Origin: Vitreimonas sp.
GTDB taxonomy: Bacteria > Patescibacteriota > Microgenomatia > UBA1400 > PJMF01
Assembly (NCBI GenBank): GCA_035627515.1
Contig: DASPLQ010000012.1
Location: forward strand, 327,269-391,268
Length of the DNA stretch: 64,000 nt
Direction: 5' to 3'
In this document: positions 16,114 through 26,400 of the stretch, in pieces
How positions within the stretch are numbered: the first letter of the stretch is position 1
Layout: each line of letters starts with the position of its first letter
Position numbers and translations under genes: made by a program
The notes under the pieces: model-generated
Seen by the model: the letters and a program-made list of their open reading frames with translations, nothing else
Told to the model about the DNA's origin: nothing
Databases searched by the model: none

Positions 16114-18213
16114 ATGTCAGCTCGTCACCCTCGGACAGCTGCTCACCGAGTTGGCACTCTCACCACTCACTTACTTTTTGTGTTCTTTTCAGTTTTTTTT
16201 GGCTTAGGATCAGGCTTTTTAGGATTTTCTGTCCAAGCTCAAGATGGAGGGATTGGTCCAGGTGAAGATTTTTTAACTAACCCCAAAATAAGAGAAGTAA
16301 ATGTCACGGCGACTGTACCTGATAACTTGCCACCGACAGCTCCGGTCTTGATCTCCCCCAACAACAATTCCTATGTCACCATCAATAAGCCAAGTTTTGT
16401 TTGGCAAGCCTCGAGTGATGACAATGGCATTAGCCACTATAAAATGTCGCTTGATGGCGTCGATTACATCGATAACATTCCTACTACCGCGACTGATAAT
16501 GCGACGTATACGCTGACCTATAACGCCGTTTCTGATGAGTATACGCTGACGCCTAAAACTGGCCTGAGTGAAGGTACTCACACCTGGAAAATTCGCGGCA
16601 CCGATACGCTCGGCAATGGCAGTGATTCTGCTACCTGGACCTTCACCATTGATACCCAGGCTCCAGCTTTTGTGATTACCCAGCTGGGAACCGCCACCAC
16701 CAGTATTTCTAGCCAAGATATCAGTACTATTCCTAGTACACCTCTGGAACTGAGCGCAAATGAACCACTACTGGTGGGCACAGGTGAGGCCAATAGTAGC
16801 GTCCAGCTGACGGTGAGTATTCCAGATGATCCAACTCAAAATTTTAGTTTCAGCATCACAGGCAGTAGTACTTGGGAACAGCAGTTGGGGATCTTGCCTC
16901 GCGACGTCACCATCTTGCTTGATTTTGTGATCACTGACCTAGCTGGCAACGTCTCTATCTTGAGTAATGTGCCGTTTACTATTCCCAGCCCAGTGATCAT
17001 TTTCCCACCTGCCAGTGCTTCTCCTTCTCCATCCCCTACCCCCAGCCCCGCTGCCTCCACCGAGCCAGGAGCTAGCCCTTCACCCACACCAGAGGTTTTT
17101 CCTAATCCCAGTCCTTCACCTTCACCGTTGATTGTGATTCCATACATTCCGCCGCGGGAAGTGGCACACTCTTTTACTCAAGAATTAGCGGAAAACTTAA
17201 GCTTTTTGACCGATGCTGTGCCAGCTCCTATCCGAGAAACCGTAGCTGAAGTGGCTAATACCATTGCACCTACCTCTGGGCTGATTGTGGCCACCTCGAT
17301 TCCGCTAATCTCCACGGTGGCAGTGGCCTCGCAATTTGGCTGGAGTGTCTCTCCAGATCTAATCATTAAAATTCTCCAAGCGTTGGGTCTCTTACCAGCC
17401 GGAAAACCTCAAGGTTTGGTCTATGACAGTGAAACGCGCCAACCAATAGCCTTTGTAGTCTTAACTATCACTAGTCAAGATCCTGAGCACTTAATTAAAG
17501 AGACCGTGGTCACAGATGCCGATGGCGTCTATCGCGGCTTTAAGTTACCACCGGGTAAATATATCCTCGAAGCCAATCAACAAGAATATCGCTTCCCTAC
17601 CCGGCTAGCTCGCCCCCCTTACTTGAGTATGAACGACTTTTACAAAGGTGAGGTCTTTACCGTCACTCAAAATAACCAAGATCAGTTATTCTTAATTCCA
17701 ATGGATCGCCTGACAGAGTTGCCTAATGGGACGTGGAAATCAAAGGGACGAATTTTCTTAGCCCAAATTAATCGTCGTCTGCAGTTTTTAGCTCTGCCTC
17801 TGTTTCTATTCTCGGGTTTCTTGGCCTTGCTCTACCCTTCGATCTGGAATTGGCTGGTGTTTGGCTTTTATTGTTTCTTACTGGGGCGGACAGTCTTGGA
17901 TTGGTTTAAAACTCCCCAGATTACGGGCACTGCTATCGATGAGTTTGGAACCGGGGTGAAAGACGCCGTGATCCGGATTGGGTGGCCAGAAACTAACGAG
18001 CTGGTCAAGATCTTGCTGACAGATAAGAATGGCAACTTCAAAGCCTTCCTGGCGCCTGGGGAGTATCAAATGACAATCATTAAGCTGGGTTACGTCTGGT
18101 ATGAAAAAGACGCTCCGATGAGTTTGTACCAAGTCAAAGCATCTGACAAACCAGTCAACATAGTAGCAGCTCTCCGCTCCACTGAGAGCTTATATAAAGA
18201 GTTGTTTGGGTAG
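16114..18213 (+). CDS. Membrane-anchored surface protein: Ig-like domains, Pro/Ser linker, TM segments and carboxypeptidase-regulatory-like domains
   Basis: PTAPVLISP, LSEGTHTWKI, DTQAPA, DLAGN; (SP)n linker; GLVYDSETRQPI...TDADGVY...PPGKY; TDKNGNF...PGEY. Confidence 0.75.
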   Translation: MSARHPRTAAHRVGTLTTHLLFVFFSVFFGLGSGFLGFSVQAQDGGIGPGEDFLTNPKIREVNVTATVPDNLPPTAPVLISPNNNSYVTINKPSFVWQASSDDNGISHYKMSLDGVDYIDNIPTTATDNATYTLTYNAVSDEYTLTPKTGLSEGTHTWKIRGTDTLGNGSDSATWTFTIDTQAPAFVITQLGTATTSISSQDISTIPSTPLELSANEPLLVGTGEANSSVQLTVSIPDDPTQNFSFSITGSSTWEQQLGILPRDVTILLDFVITDLAGNVSILSNVPFTIPSPVIIFPPASASPSPSPTPSPAASTEPGASPSPTPEVFPNPSPSPSPLIVIPYIPPREVAHSFTQELAENLSFLTDAVPAPIRETVAEVANTIAPTSGLIVATSIPLISTVAVASQFGWSVSPDLIIKILQALGLLPAGKPQGLVYDSETRQPIAFVVLTITSQDPEHLIKETVVTDADGVYRGFKLPPGKYILEANQQEYRFPTRLARPPYLSMNDFYKGEVFTVTQNNQDQLFLIPMDRLTELPNGTWKSKGRIFLAQINRRLQFLALPLFLFSGFLALLYPSIWNWLVFGFYCFLLGRTVLDWFKTPQITGTAIDEFGTGVKDAVIRIGWPETNELVKILLTDKNGNFKAFLAPGEYQMTIIKLGYVWYEKDAPMSLYQVKASDKPVNIVAALRSTESLYKELFG

Positions 18214-19212
18214 GGCTGGTTAAAGGCTTCTTAAGGCTGAGCGGCTGAGAACCGGTACTTATCAGTCACGACTCGGTCTTTCATCTTAAAGTATCCTTCA
18301 ATTGCATGACACTTTTTTGGCTTGTATGATTTTTGCCAATATTCATACAAGTAAAAATTTGGCCACATTTAGGAACATTCCTCCGGGATGCTTTATCATG
18401 GTTAGTGATGTTACTGCAAAAGCTAGCCTGGACACACGTCAAAATGTACGTTTTGTACATAGCCCAGGGGAACTTCTGAAGTAAGTGCTCATGATGTAAG
18501 GCCTTTAAGACGGATTCTTAAGGGGCGCTAAAAAAGAGCCTTATCTTTTTTTGTTTGACAGTGGTTGTTCAAAAAGTGAACTTTGTGAAGGTTGTGCTAT
18601 TTTTGTTAATAATCGCACAAGTCTTATGAATGCGTGTTAATTGTGGTCCAATTCCCCGCCGCTTTTTGTAATGAGCATTACAACTATGAAGCTTTAACCT
18701 ATTTAACGAATGGGTTTAATACCAACCATTCATTTTTTTAAAAGTTACTAATCCTTATTCGCACATTGAACAGCCGGCTAAAAGCCTTTTAAATGGCATG
18801 GATATTTAGAGCCTATATTAATTAAGAAACCCTCTCTCTTCACTCCCTAAAATATAGAGTTTTTCAGTTGGTGATGATTCTCTCCACTAACTGCCTATGG
18901 GTCACTAAAATCACAAAAATCCTCACTTTTGCATCTTTTTCGCACCAATTTAAAGCGAATTTTAACTTAAAATTTAAACATGTTTATTAACGCATGATTA
19001 ATGCTTTATTGTTGCAAGATCTGGTATTTAATACCCGCAAATAAATAATTTAAGTTATTAAGCTATCTTTAGGTATATTTTTGGTTGTCAGTTTTTTATA
19101 AAATCCAATACCCGAAGCAAACAAAACAAATTAACTCTCTACACACATTGTTTAACTAGCTGGGGATAAAAAGTGTTCAGCTTGAGGACGTAAGAAAAAC
19201 GTAAGCGATTTT

Positions 19213-19968
19213 CTATTTTTGTCCTATAAGTATGAGGAGTTCGCGCCATTTACTAAGTATCGCGATTGGTGACTCTTCTTGAGAAACACTTGAGGCAGCA
19301 AGACCCACGTCTTCGTTAAATAAGAAGTAAAAACGATCGTAGATCAGGGCGATTTGCTCTTTTTGCTTGCCGGTCAATTCTTTTTTGTTCTTACAATTCT
19401 CTATCAGAGTTCTTACATCTCTGCTAACTCCAGAGTATCCATTTTTAAGGGTTTGTAAACCAATTAAGCGGTCTAAAAGTAACTGTTGGTCCCCTACTTC
19501 CCAACTCGCAATTTTAAAAATGACAATGGCATTCCCGTATAAGAGCTTACTTTCCTGGAGCACTCTTGAGGGGAACTCTCCCGGATAAAGGTATGCGCCT
19601 CGAGAAAGAGAGATCGCAGTATGCTCAATTAACAACCGTCGCAAATAACGAAAGTTAGGATCGGATTTAGGAGGCTGCAAAAACAACATACATGACCACT
19701 CCCCCTGCCAAGTTAGCCAGTGAGGCTGCAAAGCCGGAAATAAGCTTTCCACTATGTGTTTACCGTGTAGTCCCAGCTTTACACACGGTCCAAGATCGGT
19801 TTTCTCGATGATGATCAAGCCTTCCTTGGTTAATAAATGCAACACTGATCTGAAACCAGGCGCAGTTATTTCGGGAACCAGGAGTGACCAGGTAGTGATC
19901 GGCACAAGATTTGGGTTTTCTTTAGGTGAATACAGAGCGAGCAGGAGCTTTTTTGAAGTACTTTTCAT
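19213..19968 (-). CDS. PaaX-family transcriptional regulator-like protein
   Basis: N-terminal wHTH (FRSVLHLLTKEGLI...VKLGLHGK), central WQGEWSCMLF...RYLRRLL...LSRGAYLYP (PaaX/Cas2-like fold), helical C-terminus. Confidence 0.7.
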   Translation of the reverse strand: MKSTSKKLLLALYSPKENPNLVPITTWSLLVPEITAPGFRSVLHLLTKEGLIIIEKTDLGPCVKLGLHGKHIVESLFPALQPHWLTWQGEWSCMLFLQPPKSDPNFRYLRRLLIEHTAISLSRGAYLYPGEFPSRVLQESKLLYGNAIVIFKIASWEVGDQQLLLDRLIGLQTLKNGYSGVSRDVRTLIENCKNKKELTGKQKEQIALIYDRFYFLFNEDVGLAASSVSQEESPIAILSKWRELLILIGQK

Positions 19969-20461
19969 CTTTAACGCAAAATAAGTCTAAATATATCTAT
20001 ATTAAAAAGTATCATTTAATTCTTTAATCAATATTCGAGCTACCGAAACTGCTTTTTAAGACTCATTTGTGAATTTAAAAGTAATAATTTTAAATATTAG
20101 CCTGGTAAACAACATTAGAATTATTAAATTTTAGTTTTCTGTTCATAAAGTATACATTTTTTAAACAAATCACAAAAGGGAGACATCGGGTCAGAGTGTG
20201 AGCAAATGTCTGCCCACCTTTTCTAGATTTATTTGGATGATCTCTTTTGTATGAATTTGGTAAGCATGAAAAATCGTGAAAATTAACGCAATTTACGGCC
20301 AGTTTTCGGTTTTTAACAGGCTGTATATACTCTTACGCGCGCACGAAGTTTCCAGGCTAAACTTGAGGGATTGACCTGCCTCCTCGAGTTCCCTAAACTT
20401 ATTGAGTGACTTCTAAAGCGTCTAACAAATCTGGATTAGACACTCCCTAACTCACAAACTC

Positions 20462-23400
20462 ATGTCTGCCCCCCTCACTGCCCCTACGAGCTTGCCTGCC
20501 CTTTGGCTGTCTTTTGTCCAAAAACAGGCCGTGAGCGAAAGCGACCAACACTTGCTCATCGGTTATGTATCTAAATTTGCCAGTAGTTTAGCCACCCCCG
20601 CCGATTGGTCTGTTGAATCTCTTACCGAGTTCTTAGCAAAAAACAATTTCAGTGAGTTATCTTTGACACAGCGTCGTACGTGGCTGAGCGAGTTTGTCCG
20701 CTCAATTTCTTCACGCCAGATTGGCGTCACCCTCTACCTTTTCGAATTAGCACTCATCAAAGGTAACTGCTCAAAAGCAACCGTCCGGAATTATCGCAGT
20801 GATATCAATCAATTTTTTGATTTCTGCCAAACTACCGAAGTCTCCGAAGCACTCACCAAACCCAAACTCCAGGCTTTTGAACAGCACCAAAGCCTGAAAG
20901 GTCTTCAACCTTCCAGTATCAAACGCAAAGTTTCTAGTATCACCCAGTTTGGCCAATGGCTGCACAAGGCTGGCTACCCCATCGAACTGGTGGTTGAGAA
21001 CCTTACCGCCGCAGAAGTTATTTCTACTCCGGTAGCAGAGGAAAAAATTGAACACGAAATTTCCTCAAGTCAACTTGAGACAGATAAATTAGCTGAGTTA
21101 TCCCTGCGCGAAGAAGTCGCTGATCTGAAAGCTCAAGTCAAAAGACAAGCCCGTGCCTGGTTCTTACCCTACTTGACCTTAGCCACCCTGATCTTGTTCT
21201 TTGCTGGTCTGGCAGTGTTTGGGTATCGCCAGTTCTTCCGCGACGTGCCTACCCCCTTGGCCTACCCCAGTAGTCCAGTCCGTGCTGATCGAGTGCTGTC
21301 CTTCCAAGGCCGCCTAACTGACACCGCTCAAAACCCGATCACCACCGCCACTAACATGACCTTCAAGCTCTTCGATTCTGGCCCTTCCATCGTGAGCGGC
21401 ACTGAGCTGTGGTCATCCGGCACTTGTAGCGTTACTCCTGATCAAGACGGTATCTTCAACGCCGGGCTTGGTGACGACTGTGGCAGCGAGATCCCTGATG
21501 ACGTTTTCACTGAGAACGCCAATGTCTGGCTCCAAGTCCAGGTGGCAGCTGAAACCCTGTCACCTCGCCAACCGATCCGGACCGTGGCCTACGCCATTAA
21601 CTCTGAGACGGTTCAGGGCTATCCTGTCACCGCCTCCGGATCAGCTACCGTCAATACCTTGCTGACTATGGACTCATCGGGTAACGTGATTTTGGGCGAA
21701 ACCTCACCGAAGCTCAAATCAGTTTCGGGTACTTTTACCCTAGAAGGCCAGACTATTAAGCTTCAAACCACTTCGGGTGGTAATGGCAATATCATCATCG
21801 ATGCCGATGGTACTGGCGGCACCTTCATCAACGATTACCTGAAGGCTCCAGGAGCTACCCTCAGTGCCACTTACGCTGGGGGCGTGCCATTGACGGTCCT
21901 CGGTGGACCAAGTGGTATGGGGAACTTAGCTAACTTCCAAAACAATGGTGGCACCAATTTACTGACCGTCGATGCCTCTGGTAATCTGAGTACAATTGGT
22001 GGGATTGGTCATTCTTTCGGAAACGTGGGTGGTAACCTGACTTTGAACTCAGCTGGGACCATCGAACTGCTTGATGCTACTAACGTCACCGGCGCGTTGT
22101 CAGCTACTGGCAACATCAACTCTTCCGGCGGCAGCTTACAAACGGGCGGCACTTCCCGCATCGACAACTCCGGAAACTTAACCAACATCGGCACCACCCA
22201 ACTCAACGGCATCACCTACACTTGGCCAGGTTCTCAAAACTCAAATTATATTCTTCAAACCAACGGCTCCGGCACTCTCACCTGGGCTGACCCAGCTGCC
22301 TTAGCTGGTGCCTCCACCTTCTGGCTTCAAAACAACGGCGCCCTCTACCCCAAGAACTCGACTGTCGATTTCTTACTCGGCGGCCAAGCTACCTCAAGTG
22401 CCAAGTTCGCTGTCTTGAACTTGAACTCTGGCACGCCAACTGCCACCTTGTCTGGAACCACCACTGGTGCTGCTTTGTACATGACTGGTGAAGGAACGTT
22501 GGCCACCACCCAGAATCGCTCACTGTTGCTTAACCCGACTGGTGGCTTTGTGGGAATTGGGACCAGCAATCCAGCGGCAAAACTGGATGTAGTCGACACT
22601 TTACGAGTAACTTCACTTGATGGCACTAACTGGAGCTCAATAAACACCACTAACGCTGGAAATAGCCGGTGGTCGTATGAGGGAAGCAGCACCTATTTAG
22701 ATTTGAACCAAAACGGGGCGATTACTGCTGGATCCAGATTTATTGTCGGCACAGCTGGAGGCACCGGCGATACCGGTGATTTGGCAGCGGGTGCAAACGG
22801 TGGCTCCCGAATAGCCTGGTTAAGAAGAGTTTCCACGAATAGACCAACTTTGGATTTTTACAACTTGAGCAACGTCCTGGTAAACAGTATTTCTGCCAAT
22901 ACAACTGATCCCACCTACTTCACCGGTGCCCTGTTTGGTATCGGGACTTCAACTCCTACCGCCTTCACTCACATCAACGGCGGCTATGGGGCTAACGATG
23001 CTTTGACTGTCAATCAAACTTTGGGTGGCAACATCTTGAGTGCGTCTTCCTCAGGGACCACACGCTTAATCCTCACCAACGGTGGACAATTGCAAGCTTC
23101 AGCAGGGACTTCTTCTGCTCCAGGCTATTCCTTCCTGAATGCCTCTGGACTTGGTTTCTACTTGACCGGGGGTAATGAAGTTTCCTTGAGTCCAGGTGGC
23201 CACGCTAATCGCCAGATCAGATTTGGTGGCGTTTCAGGCAGTAATTGGGCTGGTACCTACTTCACAAACGATAACTTTGCCACTCACGCTGGTATTGGGC
23301 GAGCCCAAGTCAGCACCACAATTAATGACGGCTTATTCATTGGTGACATTGGGGCTACTGCTACTTTACGAGGTCTAGCTATGTCCTATCTGGCTTTGGG

Positions 23401-26400
23401 CACCCAAGCTGGCAACACTGACGTCTATCTCCAACGCGACGCGGCTCAAACTTTTGGCCAACGTAATAGCACGAATGCTCAGCAATTTAATATTTACAAC
23501 ACGTACACCTCAGCTACCAACTACGAGCGAGCTGAGTTTAACTGGATTGCTAACTCCAATGTCTTCACCATTCAAACTGGTAGAGGTTCGTTGGGTGGCT
23601 CTACTCGTGACATTGCTTTACAACCGACAAGCGGAAAAGTTGGAATCGGTACGATTGCTCCGACAGCGCTACTTCATATCAACGGCGGCTATGGTGCCAA
23701 TGATGCGTTGACTGTCAATCAAACTTTGAGTGGTAATATCTTCAGTGCGAGTGCAAGCGGAACGACCAGAATGGTGCTGACGAACTCGGGTAACCTGGGT
23801 ATTGGAACTACTACTCCAAATCAGCAACTTGAAATTCAGGGTACTACTACCCCAGGCGGAGCTCTCCGTTTATCAAGCGCTGATACCACAGTCTTTACTG
23901 ACGAACATATTGGTCAAATTGATTTCTATTCTAACGATGCCTCGCTTAATGGAGTCGGAGTGGGAGCCTTTGTCAAAGCTATCGCCGAAGATAATGGCAC
24001 CCTGTATGGCTTATCATTTGGAACTGGTCAAGCTTTAGCAGGCGCTACAGAAAAACTTCGGCTGACCAATGATGGCAACTTAGGCATAATGGCTCAAGGG
24101 GACCTCCGCTTGTACGATACAGACTCAAGCAATTACTTGGCTTTCCAAGCTCCAAGTACTGTCGGCAGTAACTTAACCTACACCTTCCCTGGCAGCGTCA
24201 CCAACGGCTACGTCTTACAAACTGATGGTTCCGGTACGCTCACTTGGGCTGATCCAGCTGTTCTGGCTGGCGCCACTGACTACTGGGCTTCCAGCTTAGG
24301 CACTCTTTACCCTAAGAACTCTACGCTCGACTTCTTGTTGGGTGGGCAGGCTACGAGTAGTGCCAAGTTTGCCGTGTTGAATTTAAACTCTGGTACACCA
24401 ACTGCCACTCTCTCTGGCACCACCACCGGGGCTGCCTTGTACATGACTGGTGAAGGCACATTGGCAACCACCCGAAATCGCTCGCTGCTACTTAACCCTA
24501 CTGGCGGCAATGTCGGAATTGGGACAAGCAACCCTAGTTATAAACTTGAGGTAAATGGTCAGACAGCAATTACGCCAACTACTGGAACAGTTTTAAAACT
24601 TGGGGCAAATGTTGATTCATCTACAGCCACCCCGGTTAGTATCGATATGGGGGGAACATATAGCAATACAGCCGGACAAAACCCTAAAATCATGTTATAT
24701 AAAGCCGGGGTATTAGAATTGGGCTTTGGTTTCTCACTGAATGAGTTTGATTATATCGCGCATTCAGCGGGCACACATGTGTTTTGGTCTGGTACCACTA
24801 GAGATGCTAGAATCTATACCGATGGAGTCAGAGTACCCTCAACTAGTGGGTATATCTTCACCAGTGATACTGGTCTAGCTACACCTGATACCGGCATTGC
24901 TCGATCATCGGCAGGAGTTATTAAACTCACAAATGGTAGCTCAGGAGATGGTTCATTATATGCCGGCGGCAGCGCCAATAACTACTTTGCTGGCAACGTT
25001 GGCATCGGTACCACCGGCCCTGACGCCAAGCTCGACTCTCTCTCCACCACCGGTGAACAACTTCGCTTAACGTACACTGATGGCTCAGCTTACACAGGCT
25101 TCACTACTAACTCAGGTGGTGACTTAACCATCGTTCCATCTGGCGGCGATGTAAACATCACAGGAAACTTAGCGTTAACGGGCACTACTACTCTCAACTC
25201 TCAAACCTACACTTGGCCAGGTTCACAAACTGCTAACTACGTCTTACAAACCAATGGTTCGGGAACCTTGAGTTGGGCTGACCCAACTTCATTCGGTTTA
25301 TGGCGCCAAAGTTTGGGTGCCATCTCGCCTATCAACAACACCTTTGATTTATTAGTTGGTTCTAACGCTACCAGCTCAGCCAAGTTTGCCGTCTTGAATG
25401 TGAACAACGGTACGCCAGTGGCTTCCGTGTCATCTGGTGTTAGTGGCACAGCTCTGTCAATGTCTGCAGACGGCACACTGACTACTAGTAGTAACCGCCC
25501 ATTAGCTATCAATCCAACTGGCGGTAACGTGGGCATCGGGACAAGTACTCCAGGGGACAAATTAACTGTTCAAGATGGCAACCTTCGTTTACAACGTTCT
25601 GATACTACCAATACTCGGCTCACTAATTATTGGGGTGGCAGTACTTCATATGGAATGAGTATCGAATCTAATATTAGTTCTGCAACTGCATATTCCAATA
25701 GCTATGGCATTAGATTAGGCACCATTTTTAGTAGTTTGCCTACTTCAGGAACTTATGATCAAGTAAGAATTATTGACAGCTTTGCACCTACCTCTGGAAC
25801 AGCAATTAGTAATGCCTTCACCGTTATGCCAACCATCAACCAAACTGGTGGAGCCAATGGCATTTCTCGAGGTATTTATATTAATCCTACGTTAACTGCT
25901 GCTGCCGATTTTAGAGGTCTGGAAATTGCTAATAATAGTGGCTATGGGATTTATCAAAGTGGAGCCAGTGCAACAAATTACTTCAATGGCACCAGCGGTT
26001 TTGGCACCACCGGACCTGATGCTAAGATTGACTCCCTCTCCACCACCGGTGAACAACTTCGCTTAACCTATACTGATGGCTCAGCTTATACAGGCTTCAC
26101 TACTAGTAGTGGTGGTGACTTAACTGTCGCTCCTTCTGGCAGTGATACTAACATCACCGGCAACCTGGATGTTTCCGGCACCTTCGCCAGTGGCACCGCC
26201 AACGCCCTTACTATAGATGCATCAGGTAATGTGGTTACCACCGGCACTCTCACCGCCAACACCGATGAAACCATCAACGGTATCGATATCAACGCCGGCG
26301 CTGTCTCTGATATCACCACCTTAGCTGCCTCTGGTCAGATTACCTTCTCTACCTTCACTACTAACGGCGGTATCTTATATACCAATGGTTCCGGTGTCTT

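Noticed and set aside
19213-19968. Cas2 / CRISPR system
   Set aside because: The Cas2-like fold is the central domain of PaaX-like proteins; no cas1 or repeat-spacer array is present.
20335-20365. c-di-GMP-I riboswitch (AAGTTTCCAGGCTAAAC resembles part of the motif)
   Set aside because: The upstream GGCAAAC...GAAA stem is absent.
20462-20980. Functional integrase marking a prophage or genomic island
   Set aside because: Only the core-binding part is present. There is no catalytic domain, adjacent tRNA/att site or phage structural genes, and the ORF continues into a TM and fibre.
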